Notes under the pieces: generated by a model
Database searches by the model: none
What the model saw: only the letters and a program-made list of their open reading frames with translations
Told to the model about the DNA's origin: nothing
Translations under genes and position numbers: made by a program
DNA from: an uncultured Methylomirabilota bacterium
GTDB taxonomy: Bacteria > Methylomirabilota > Methylomirabilia > Methylomirabilales > 2-02-FULL-66-22
Assembly (NCBI GenBank): GCA_963845565.1
Contig: CAWJSJ010000005.1
Coordinates: 768,001-832,000, forward strand
Direction: 5' to 3'
DNA: 64,000 bases
In this document: positions 20,293 through 29,286 of the stretch, in pieces
Layout: every line of letters starts with the position of its first letter
Position numbering within the stretch: position 1 is the stretch's first letter

Positions 20293-22551
20293 TCACGAAA
20301 AGAGCCCTCGAATCCTTCCACGCAGGGACGCGGGACGGGACGGCGGCTCGGCCCGCTCGGCTCGCCCGGGTTCGTGGCCGTAGGCATACCGGTAGTACTG
20401 CAGCTCTTCGTAGTCCGGACTGGTCTCGGCCTTGAGACCCGTCAGGACGACACCCAGGACCCGACCGCGCACGTTTTCAAGCAGCACCTTGGCGCGCTTC
20501 AGCGCCGACCGCGCAATCTTCCCCACCCGATACACCATCAGGGTCCCGTCCGTTTTCGAGGCCAGGATCGCCGCGTCGGTGACCGGGAGGATGGGGGGGC
20601 AGTCGAAGATGACAAAGTCGAACTGCTCCCGGAACTGGGCAATCAGATCCTGCATGCGCTGGGAGTTGAGGAACTCGGAGGGATTGGGCGGCGGCGTGCC
20701 GCTCGACAGCAAGAAGAGTTTGTCCACGTTGGGCATCGTCATCAGTTTCTCGACCCCCAGCGGCCCCAGCATGAGATCGGTCGCGGTCCGCAGGCACTCC
20801 CGCCAGTCCTTGTTCCCGACGATGACCTCGGTGAGTCCGGGATCTCGCGGGATCCCGAAGGCGTGATGCAGGAACGGCTTGCGCAGGTCGGCCTCGACCA
20901 GGAGCGTGCGCTTGCCCATCTGTGCGATGGTGATCGCCAGGTTGATGGCGGTCGTCGTCTTGCCTTCCATGAGGGACGCGCTTGTCACGCAGAGCGTCTT
21001 GACGCTCTTCTCGAGGGAGAGAAACTCCACGTTGGTTCGGAGCGAGCGATAGGCCTCGGCCACCGTGGACCGCGGGCTGAGGAGGGACACCAGAAACGGA
21101 CGCATGGTGCCGAGAGGCCCGCCTTCCTCCTCGTCCTCCGGCGGGGCGAGCAAGGGGTCCCGGACCGGGTCGATCAGCGGGATCAGGCCGAGCACCGGGG
21201 TCTCCAGATAGCTCTCGACGTCCTGGATGGTTCCGATGGAGGTATCCAGCGATTCCAGAACAAAGGCCAAGACCAGCCCCACCGTGAGGCCGATCAGCAG
21301 ACCGGCGAATACCTTCCCGGCGGTCTGCGCGGGATTCATGGGACTCCCCGGGACCGTGGCCGGCCGGACCAGGCTCACCTCCTCCACCTGCTCTCGCTCC
21401 TTGATCTGCACCTCTTGGAGCTTCGACCGCAAGGTCGAGAGGAGATTCTCATTCTGGGTGAGCTCGCGCTGGAGTTGCGCATACTGTCGGGTCAAATCCG
21501 GCAGGGCGCGCTGTTCCTGCCGGACGCGCTGGATCTGCCGCTGCACATCGCCGGCGCGTTCCTCAAGAATCTGGTTCTTGATCCGGAGCTCACGGAGGAG
21601 GGCCTCCCGCGCGGTCCGGACGCGCGCCTCCAGGCTCTCCCGGATGCTGGCCATGCGCGCATCCAGGTCGCGGATCTGGGGGTGTTGCGGTGTGAGGGTG
21701 ACCAGGAGATTCTCCCGCTCCAGGCTCAAGTCCACCAGTGCGCCGCTCAGCTTGCCGATGCCGGGGTCCCCAGCCTCGGCGAGCAGACGCGCGGGGAGGG
21801 CGCCTGCCGCAGCCGCTTGCTGCACGGTCTGGATCTGGCCGGCGATCTCGTCCTGCTCTCGTCGGATCTTTTCGGCCTCGCCTTCCAGGACGCCGAGGCG
21901 CGCCACGGAGGCGGTGGTCTCTTCGGTGAGGGAGACGAAGCCGCGGGTCTCCTTCAGCGTCCGAATGCTATCCTCCGCCTGCCGGACGCGAACGCCCACC
22001 TCGCGGGTTTGCTCCTCGATGAAGCGCCGAGCCTCCAGGATCTTCCGGTTGCGGAGCGCCGCGTTCTCCGCTTGGTAGGCCTGCGCCACGGCGTTGGCGA
22101 CCCGGGCGGCCTGCGCCGGCTCCCGCGAGGCGACCGTGACGTTGATCAGCGTGGTGTTCTCTTCCGGGGTCGCCGTGACCTGGTTGCGCAGTTCGCCGAG
22201 GAGCTGCACGTGCACGGGATCCTGTTTGATGGCCTCGGAATCGAGCGTCGCCGGGATCAGGCGCAGCGCCTTGGCCGCCCGCTCGAGGACGGGGAAGCTC
22301 CGAATCACGGCTGCCTGGGTGGCCGGCGCATCGCCCTGGGAGAGCGAGATCGTCTCCACCAGCAGACCGACGAGCGTCGTGGTCCGCTCGAACTTGACCA
22401 CCGCGGTCGCCTGGTAGAGCGGATCGGGTCGCTGCACCTCGGCGAACAGCAGGGCCAGCAGCCCGAAGGCGGCGGTGACCAGCGCCACGCTCCACAGCCG
22501 CTTTCGCAGGATCCGCCAGTAGTCGCGAAGATTCAGATCGTACTGTGGCAT
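20293..22551 (-). CDS. wzc: Polysaccharide co-polymerase / tyrosine autokinase
   Basis: LRDYWRILRKR, coiled coil, AEAYRSLRTN, EGKTT, ADLRKP, DCPP, Tyr-rich C-terminal cluster. Confidence 0.92.
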   Translation of the reverse strand: MPQYDLNLRDYWRILRKRLWSVALVTAAFGLLALLFAEVQRPDPLYQATAVVKFERTTTLVGLLVETISLSQGDAPATQAAVIRSFPVLERAAKALRLIPATLDSEAIKQDPVHVQLLGELRNQVTATPEENTTLINVTVASREPAQAARVANAVAQAYQAENAALRNRKILEARRFIEEQTREVGVRVRQAEDSIRTLKETRGFVSLTEETTASVARLGVLEGEAEKIRREQDEIAGQIQTVQQAAAAGALPARLLAEAGDPGIGKLSGALVDLSLERENLLVTLTPQHPQIRDLDARMASIRESLEARVRTAREALLRELRIKNQILEERAGDVQRQIQRVRQEQRALPDLTRQYAQLQRELTQNENLLSTLRSKLQEVQIKEREQVEEVSLVRPATVPGSPMNPAQTAGKVFAGLLIGLTVGLVLAFVLESLDTSIGTIQDVESYLETPVLGLIPLIDPVRDPLLAPPEDEEEGGPLGTMRPFLVSLLSPRSTVAEAYRSLRTNVEFLSLEKSVKTLCVTSASLMEGKTTTAINLAITIAQMGKRTLLVEADLRKPFLHHAFGIPRDPGLTEVIVGNKDWRECLRTATDLMLGPLGVEKLMTMPNVDKLFLLSSGTPPPNPSEFLNSQRMQDLIAQFREQFDFVIFDCPPILPVTDAAILASKTDGTLMVYRVGKIARSALKRAKVLLENVRGRVLGVVLTGLKAETSPDYEELQYYRYAYGHEPGRAERAEPPSRPASLRGRIRGLFS

Positions 22552-22568
22552 GCGATCGCCTCGCCTCT

Positions 22569-23651
22569 CTAGAAGCTCGCGATAGCCTTGATCGAGAGGA
22601 CCGTGTACAGCGGTTGGTTGATGAGATCGAACGTCGGACGGATCTGGGCGACGAAGGCGTTCCAATTCGCAATCGGCGTCCGCGGGACAAAGACCACGTC
22701 GTTCGGCTTTAGATACTGGTCGATGCGCTTCTCGCCCTCGAGAAGCAGACGACGCAGATCCACCGTGAGGATCTCGGTGACCCCGTCTGCCGAACGGATG
22801 ATCGCCGCCTGATCGAAGAGCGCCGCATCCGTCCAACCGCCGACCTGCGCGACAAGGTGAGCCAGCGTGAGATTGGGGACATAGGGCGCGGGGCCGGGTG
22901 TCTTGACTTCTCCCAGCAGGAAGACCCGCCGCTCTTCGCCCTTGACCTGCTCCGGGACGAAGATGGCGTCGCCGGCGTCCAGGACGAACTCCTGGGACAC
23001 GTCGCCGTCCTGGAGGAAGCGAAACACGTTGACCGTGTACGTCTTGCCGGAGGCCCGGCTGATCCGCACGCGGTCCAGGCTGGCGTTCTGCTGAAAGCCG
23101 CCGGCCTTGGCAATGGCTTCCATCAGGGTCACGCGCCCGGTCAGGGGGATGGTGCTGGCCGAGGCCTTGGCCTGGGTGCCCACCGCGCCGAACACCGTCA
23201 CCTTCTTGCTATGGTACTCCTTGACCAGGACGTCGACCGTTGGCGCGCGAAAGAAAACGGACAGATCCTCGGCGATGGCTCGGCCGGCTTCGTCCGTCGT
23301 CAAGCCGTCCACCTTGGTCTCGGCCAGAATGACCCTGACCGTTCCGCCGGCGCGGACCGCGGTCTGAATCTTCTCCTGCGTCGGGCCGCGGCTGACGGTG
23401 ATCTCCAGGACGTCGCCGGGCCCGAGGCGGTACTGCGGCACACCTGCGCTGGTGACGAAGGCCCGGTTCTCCGTGACGGGCGGCGGGAGTTCCGTGGATG
23501 CGTCGGTAGGGGCCGGGGCGGCCGCCACCCGGGGCTGGGGGAACGTCGGCGCGTTCACGGAAGTTGACCGCGACGGTTTCTCCAGGCCCCCGCAGCCGGC
23601 CAGTGCCAGAGACAGGAGGACTGCGCTGGCAACATACGATGTTGGTTTCAC
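22569..23651 (-). CDS. wza: Polysaccharide export lipoprotein with SLBB domains
   Basis: Lipobox LALAGC, YRLGPGDVLEI, repeated SLBB motifs. GTG start after GGAGGT. Confidence 0.88.
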   Translation of the reverse strand: MKPTSYVASAVLLSLALAGCGGLEKPSRSTSVNAPTFPQPRVAAAPAPTDASTELPPPVTENRAFVTSAGVPQYRLGPGDVLEITVSRGPTQEKIQTAVRAGGTVRVILAETKVDGLTTDEAGRAIAEDLSVFFRAPTVDVLVKEYHSKKVTVFGAVGTQAKASASTIPLTGRVTLMEAIAKAGGFQQNASLDRVRISRASGKTYTVNVFRFLQDGDVSQEFVLDAGDAIFVPEQVKGEERRVFLLGEVKTPGPAPYVPNLTLAHLVAQVGGWTDAALFDQAAIIRSADGVTEILTVDLRRLLLEGEKRIDQYLKPNDVVFVPRTPIANWNAFVAQIRPTFDLINQPLYTVLSIKAIASF

Positions 23652-23686
23652 CGGTCTACCTCCCACGCTGCCTGCTCTGGCGGCGG

Positions 23687-23715
23687 ATGGTATAGAACGC
23701 CCTCATCCGCGTCAA
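23687..23715 (-). promoter_or_regulatory. Putative sigma70 promoter for EPS operon
   Basis: Minus strand TTGACG-17 nt-TACCAT just upstream of wza. Confidence 0.55.
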
Positions 23716-23764
23716 GCATTTGCTGTCCCTCGGACCCACGACGGTTCTTTTCGGGGCCGCGCGC

Positions 23765-24895
23765 TCATCCGGCATCTTCTTTGTCTGCCGCCCGTGTTGG
23801 TTCTGTATGCCCCAAGGCGAGTCGCGCCATCTGTCGCCAGTGGGTCATCCATGCGTGACGAGCGGGGCATCCCCCGTCCGAAAACCCCGTGGCGAACACC
23901 CTGCCCGCTGGGAAAAGGAGTTGCCGCGCGAACGCGGCCCTGGCCGGCCATCCGGGGAGACAGGCGAACGTCAGGCCGTAGCGAAGATGTCCGGCTCCCT
24001 CTCCGCGTCCGGTCTGCGCCAGGATGCGGCGCTCCCCGGGGAAGAGGTACTGCGGCCGGAGCGCCGCGCGAGTCTCCGGCACCGGATCCACTCCCAGAAC
24101 TGCGAGGCGGTCGAGGCAATACCACACGCTCCGGCGCACCCCGGCCGGACTGCGGAGGCACGCCGGGGGCGACGGCGGCCACGCCTGCAGGGCCGCCAGG
24201 AAATCGGCCATCCACCGGACTCCCTGCATGCCGTGGTGGTGCACCGCATGAACCGCGAGATACTGGAGATAGTCCTGGGGACCCAGCGTCCAGGCTGGGG
24301 CCCCTGCCAGCGTCAGGGGCTGTCGGCGTCGCCAGATTGTTTCGAAGGCTTGAGGCCACAGGGCGCCGCGTGCGGGCAGCCGCGTGGTGTTGAGGAGGCC
24401 GGTGTGGAGATCGATGCTGTGGGTGAGGTCGGGGGCGAAGAAGTCCTCTTCTCCTCGGAGGTCGTTCCGATACCCCAAGCGGCGCAGCACGTCCCCGAAT
24501 CGCGGGCCGTCGGCCGGGGCGACCAGAAGGTCCACATCGTCCAGCGGGCGAGGGATCCCCGCCGGGTAGACCAGGCGTTGCAGTGCCGGACCCTTGAGCA
24601 GCAGAATCGGGATCCCCTCGCCGGAGGCGGCCTCAATCGCCAAGGCGGCGGCCCGCTCCAGGCGCACGGATCGCGCCCCGCTCGCCAGGGTCGCCCGGCG
24701 CAGCGCCTCCAACACGGCGGGCGGGACCGCACGGGCCGCCGCGGTTTGCAGCCCGGCATAGAGGAGCGGTGCGACGCGCCAGCGACGCGACGCCGTCAGG
24801 ACCTCCGGCCACACCACGGGTGAGCGGAGGCGCTCCGCCAGCCTGCCCGCGAACTCTGTGCGACGCAGGCCGACCAGCGTTCCGTACCAGAGCAC
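23765..24895 (-). CDS. Uncharacterised nucleotidyltransferase family protein (NTP_transf_5-like)
   Basis: LLLKGPAL..YP..RPLDDVDLLV and IDLH motifs. Start uncertain. Confidence 0.8.
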   Translation of the reverse strand: MLWYGTLVGLRRTEFAGRLAERLRSPVVWPEVLTASRRWRVAPLLYAGLQTAAARAVPPAVLEALRRATLASGARSVRLERAAALAIEAASGEGIPILLLKGPALQRLVYPAGIPRPLDDVDLLVAPADGPRFGDVLRRLGYRNDLRGEEDFFAPDLTHSIDLHTGLLNTTRLPARGALWPQAFETIWRRRQPLTLAGAPAWTLGPQDYLQYLAVHAVHHHGMQGVRWMADFLAALQAWPPSPPACLRSPAGVRRSVWYCLDRLAVLGVDPVPETRAALRPQYLFPGERRILAQTGRGEGAGHLRYGLTFACLPGWPARAAFARQLLFPAGRVFATGFSDGGCPARHAWMTHWRQMARLALGHTEPTRAADKEDAG

Positions 24896-24950
24896 CGATC
24901 CGCCAGTTTGGTTTTGACTTCCCCACAGGCGCGGGCTATGTTGACTGGCC

Positions 24951-25286
24951 ATGGCACACGCGTCCGACAGCAACCGCTATCAACGTACCGACGAGTTCGT
25001 CGCCAGGACCATTGCCGGCGAGACGGTGCTGGTTCCGATCCACCGGCAGATCGGGGACCTTGAATCCATCTACACACTGAACGAGGTGGCCACGTTCATC
25101 TGGGAGCGACTGGCGGCCGCCGCCACGCCGGCCGCCCTCGCCCTCGCTGTCGAGGACACCTTTGCCGGCAGCCCGGCGGAGATACGTGCGGACCTCGAAG
25201 AATTTCTGGGCCACCTGCTCGACCTCCGTGCAATCCGATCCGTTGCGGATACGTCCGATGGTTTGGACGTCACCCCTCCGCGCTGA
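24951..25286 (+). CDS. PqqD family protein / RiPP recognition element
   Basis: ARTIAGETVLVP, YTLNEVATFIWERL, DLEEFLGHL; 111 aa. Confidence 0.88.
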   Translation: MAHASDSNRYQRTDEFVARTIAGETVLVPIHRQIGDLESIYTLNEVATFIWERLAAAATPAALALAVEDTFAGSPAEIRADLEEFLGHLLDLRAIRSVADTSDGLDVTPPR

Positions 25287-25295
25287 TCCCCGCCC

Positions 25296-26171
25296 TCACG
25301 CCTTTCCAAGTTGAGCCTGGACCCAGTCCACCTCACGGCCGTCGGCCGGAACGGTGAGCCATCCGCACGGCACCTCGCGGCAGATCCGCCCAAGCGTCTC
25401 CAGGGTGTTTCCCATCCGTTCCGCATCCCATACCGCAGGGAACGATTTGGCGAACACGAGCGCGGTCGCCGTTGCCGGGCGAAGCGGTTCGAACGCCACG
25501 TCGGTTCCCTGGCGCAGTAGGTAGACTGCCCGGACCGGCGCCGCGTCTCCGCCGACCTCCGGATTCTCGCCGAACCACGGGGTCGGGTGCATGCGAAGGC
25601 CCTCCGGGCTCGCCTCCAAGACGACCCGGTCGTCATTCAGGATCGTGGCGCCCGCGGCGCGCCAGAGGCGAGCCGCCGTGCTCTTGCCCGCCCCGGACGA
25701 TCCGACAAACAGGACGCCGGCGCCGTGCCAGTGCACGCCGCAGGCGTGGACCAGGAGTGCGTCATGCTCGGCCAAGAGGTGGCGGAAGAGCAAGTCCTCC
25801 AGGGGGTACTCCAGCGGGTATCTGGACGACGGATCGGGGACGCGCTTTGGGTCCATCACGAGGCACCCCGTGGTGCCGGATGCGTCCAGTCGGAGTGCCC
25901 GGTCCGCGCGGCCGGTCGTCGCATCCTCTCCGACGCGGATCGTCCATCGGCCATCGTCCCGATAAAAGCTCGCCACACCGCCGGCTCGGAACACCGGCGG
26001 CGCCGAGCGGCGTCCGGTGGAGTCCCACACCATCTGCAGGGTCAGATCGGAATCCGCTGCTGGCGCGAAGAATTTCGGGTGTCCGGCGTCGAGCTGCCAC
26101 CGCCCAGGATCCATCTCCCCATGGAGCGAAACGCACACGGGGCCGATCCGGAGGGTGAATCGATTAGGCAT
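25296..26171 (-). CDS. HPr kinase-related P-loop kinase (candidate peptide kinase)
   Basis: LVHACGV, GSSGAGKST Walker A, LNDDRVV, PTPWFG. Confidence 0.8.
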   Translation of the reverse strand: MPNRFTLRIGPVCVSLHGEMDPGRWQLDAGHPKFFAPAADSDLTLQMVWDSTGRRSAPPVFRAGGVASFYRDDGRWTIRVGEDATTGRADRALRLDASGTTGCLVMDPKRVPDPSSRYPLEYPLEDLLFRHLLAEHDALLVHACGVHWHGAGVLFVGSSGAGKSTAARLWRAAGATILNDDRVVLEASPEGLRMHPTPWFGENPEVGGDAAPVRAVYLLRQGTDVAFEPLRPATATALVFAKSFPAVWDAERMGNTLETLGRICREVPCGWLTVPADGREVDWVQAQLGKA

Positions 26172-26319
26172 GGTTTGTCCGGGAGCCGGGAAAGCAGAGC
26201 ATGCGCGCACTGGCGGGTAGCACGCGGTCGACGGTCGGGTTGCCGGAGACATGCCTCGCCGCGCCAGCATTCACCAGCAACCTACTTTCGTCCGGCCGCT
26301 GCCGCCGAAGGTTGTTCGC

Positions 26320-26505
26320 TCAGGAGCCCCTGTTGTCCCTGCATTTTGCAACGCTCCGGATATCGCACGGGTTTGGGAACGTCAGGTTCTTTCCGCCTCC
26401 ATTGCTTCGCTTGCAATTGGGGACCGCGGCCGTTTCCTCGCCGGCGAGGTCGATTCGTTCGAGGGAGGGTTTCACATAGTCGCGTTTCGTCGAGTCCACG
26501 GTCAT
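26320..26505 (-). CDS. Putative RiPP precursor peptide 2 (61 aa)
   Basis: MTVDSTKRDYVKPSLERIDLAGEETAAVPNCKR...RGS. AGGTGG RBS; paralog of the adjacent peptide. Confidence 0.8.
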   Translation of the reverse strand: MTVDSTKRDYVKPSLERIDLAGEETAAVPNCKRSNGGGKNLTFPNPCDIRSVAKCRDNRGS

Positions 26506-26672
26506 AGCCCACCACCTATCCAAGAATGGGGAAACAGGTCATCGGGGAGTTCTTTGAGGCCGTCACGACCCCAGCGATTCCCTGGAAAGTACGCCAAGCA
26601 CGCTCCAGAATAATGCATCGCGGCCAACTCGATCTCTGCCCAGGCTGCGGTGCGGGGCTAAAGGCGCCGACC

Positions 26673-26873
26673 TTAAGATCCCCTTGACTCGCGGCACCGG
26701 ACGCCGAAGATATCCCACCACCACTCGATCCGACACGGGTTGGGATAGGTCTGGCTTCTTCCCCCGCCGGTGTCCCGCTTGCAGTTGGGGACGGCGGCGG
26801 TCTCCTCGCCGACCAGTGTGATCCGCTCGATCGTCGGCTTTCGGTAGGGGAGTCTGGGCTGCGTTGGGTTCAT
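26673..26873 (-). CDS. Putative RiPP precursor peptide 1 (66 aa)
   Basis: MNPTQPRLPYRKPTIERITLVGEETAAVPNCKR...RGS. ATG overlaps the radical SAM stop (ATGA). Confidence 0.82.
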   Translation of the reverse strand: MNPTQPRLPYRKPTIERITLVGEETAAVPNCKRDTGGGRSQTYPNPCRIEWWWDIFGVRCRESRGS

Positions 26874-28005
26874 CGAGCTGCCGCCTTCCCTGTCCAATCC
26901 CGGGGCTCGCGCGGGGGGCCGAACGCCCCAGCGCGGAGTTTGGCGAGGTCACACAGGAACGGCACTCGGGTTTCGGGGTCTCCAGACTCCAGCACGGCCC
27001 ATCCCGCGCACTGGTCGCAGGCGGAGTGCAGATCGCAGGTGTCGCAAGGCATGGTCTTGGTCCGCGCCTGCCGACGCATGGCGGGGAAATGCTCGTCCCA
27101 CCCCTCCCGGAACGTCCCCTGGCGCAAGTCGTACGCCGGCTCACGAAGCAGCATGCAGGGGACGAGGCGCCCGTACGGATCGATGTGGAACGAGTGAAGG
27201 TACGCACCGCAGGTGATCAGGTCGGCCCGTGCCTCGACCCGGGAGGCTTTCGCGAACTCCAACCGATACGCGGCCGCCCGCTTCTCCTCGGCGCGCTTCC
27301 AGGGCCAGCACTTGCTGAGGCGAAAGCCGCACGCCTGCCGGCCCGGCCGCGCCGTCCAGGCGGCAGTTCACCAGCGGGTCCCACTGGAACTCCAACCCGT
27401 ATCCGGCCGCCAGGGCGCGCAGGCCGTCCAGGTCGTCATGGTTCAGTGTGGTCGGCACGGTCTTCAGTCGCAGACGGACCCGGCGGTCGAGGAGCAACTC
27501 GATGCCGCGGAGACACCGCCGGAATGAACCGGGGACACCCGTCACACGCTCGTACACTTCGGGGGTGCTCCCGTAGATCGATACCTCGACCACCAGGGGC
27601 GGCCATTCCGCCAAGAGGTCGGCGAGACGAGGGGTGACGGCGGTGCCATTGGTGAAGAGCGTGACCAGTAGTCCGCGCCGCTTCATGTGGAGATAGATCT
27701 CGCGGATGTCGGACCGGAGCAGCGGTTCGCCGCCCGTGAGAAGCATCCAGAGACATCCGCGATCCACCACCTCGTCCGTGAGCCGGCGAATCTCGGCGGC
27801 GGTGAGCTCGTGCCGTTGCAGCGCCGCGATCGCCGCCGGATTCGTTCACGAAACAGTGGGCGCAGCGGAGGTTACAGCGGAACGTGACCTCGAGGCTGCC
27901 GTCCAGAGGGATCCGATCCGCCGAGACGCGGGCGCCGATCCGACCGGCGAACGCCGAGTAGGAGAGGTGCGGGACGGATTGACAGGCGGTCTCTGTGGCA
28001 TGCAC
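26870..28005 (-). CDS. Radical SAM/SPASM peptide maturase (two apparent +1 frameshifts)
   Basis: CNLRCAHC, LTGGEPLLR, FTNG, SPASM Cys (CGAY..PC..CDTC..CDQC..C) spread over three ORFs. Confidence 0.85.
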
Positions 28006-28151
28006 TGCCTCGGGGGCGACCTCCGAACGGCGCCCCCCGGACCCGGAACGACTTCGTCGTCCGCCGCTGTCAAAGAATAACTTGGCGGAGATTTCGGTAA
28101 CGGCGTTAAGAGCCGTACAAAATTACAAAAATGGACAAGTCATCGTACGCC

Positions 28152-29174
28152 CTAGCTCGGATTCCTCCCCGAGAACGCCTCTGTAATGTAGAGCAGCGTG
28201 TTGGCGGACAGATCCACCCGACGGCGTGGCTCGAGGGCTTCGCCTTTCGGCCCGATGGCGATCTCGACCACCGGCCGAAGGGGAAAGGTCGGGTTGGTGG
28301 CCACGATCCGCGCGATCTCGGTGGAGTTGAGGCGCACGTAGCTGCCCACCGGGAAGGCGGACAGACCGCGGATGAGCCCTTTGAGCGCGCGGTCGGGGAA
28401 CTTCGCCCGCCCGGATGTCATGAGCTCCTTGATCACCTCGAAGGGTCCCCGGCGGCTGCGATAGGGGCGGGTGTGTGTGAGGGCCTCGTAGGCGTCTGCC
28501 AAACCGATGATCTTCGCGTACTCGTGAATCTCCTGCCCCATCAGGCCGCGAGGGTAGCCGCTGCCGTCTTCGCGTTCGTGCTCCTGCAGGACGACGTTGG
28601 CCAGCCACTCGAACTCCGCGCCCAGGCCGTGCAGGATCCGAAACCCTTTCTCGGGATGCCGACGCACCAGGGCGGTCTCTTCCTCGGTGAGCGCCTCCGG
28701 TTTGTCGAGGATCCGATTCGGGACGATGACCATGCCGACATCGTGCAGGCAGGCGGCAAGACCCAGCCACGGCAATTCCTCGGGGCGACAGCCCGCCCCC
28801 TGCCCGATCTTGATGGCGAAGACGCCGGTGTTGACCATGTGACGCGCCAGATCGTAGCGCCCCTCACCATCTTCCAGGGCCTGGACGAGCAGCGCGTCAT
28901 CGGTCGCGATGGCCTCCACCATCCCGGCCGCCACGCGCTGGAGTGTGCCGATCCGGAAGGGAGTCCCTGCGGCCGCAGCCTCCATGGCACGCGCCACCTC
29001 TTGCAGCGCCAGCGGGTAGTGGAGCGGATCGGGTTGGGCGGCGGGTTGGGGCGCAGGCGGAATAGCCGGCGCCGCCTGGGCGGACCCCGCCGCGGCGACA
29101 GAAAACGACGCCTCGGGAGTGGGGTCGCGATGGTCCGATGCCGATTTGCGGACGAGATCGCTTAAGCGAACGAT
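28152..29174 (-). CDS. HD-GYP domain protein (c-di-GMP phosphodiesterase family)
   Basis: LHDVG, HEREDGSGYPRGL, ADAYEAL..RPYR. Start uncertain (ATC at 29174 or GTG at 28997). Confidence 0.85.
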   Translation of the reverse strand: MVRLSDLVRKSASDHRDPTPEASFSVAAAGSAQAAPAIPPAPQPAAQPDPLHYPLALQEVARAMEAAAAGTPFRIGTLQRVAAGMVEAIATDDALLVQALEDGEGRYDLARHMVNTGVFAIKIGQGAGCRPEELPWLGLAACLHDVGMVIVPNRILDKPEALTEEETALVRRHPEKGFRILHGLGAEFEWLANVVLQEHEREDGSGYPRGLMGQEIHEYAKIIGLADAYEALTHTRPYRSRRGPFEVIKELMTSGRAKFPDRALKGLIRGLSAFPVGSYVRLNSTEIARIVATNPTFPLRPVVEIAIGPKGEALEPRRRVDLSANTLLYITEAFSGRNPS

Positions 29175-29286
29175 GGCGCGCCCTCCTTCTCCGGTTATGC
29201 AGCCATCCGAATCGATCTCTGTGCCGGCAACACCGTGTGCGTCGCTGTCGCTGCGCCCCGGCCGGCGCGGCGTGTCCGGGTGCGGT

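Noticed and set aside
24951..28005. PQQ biosynthesis cluster
   Set aside because: No pqqB/pqqC, and the peptides lack the PqqA ExxxY core.
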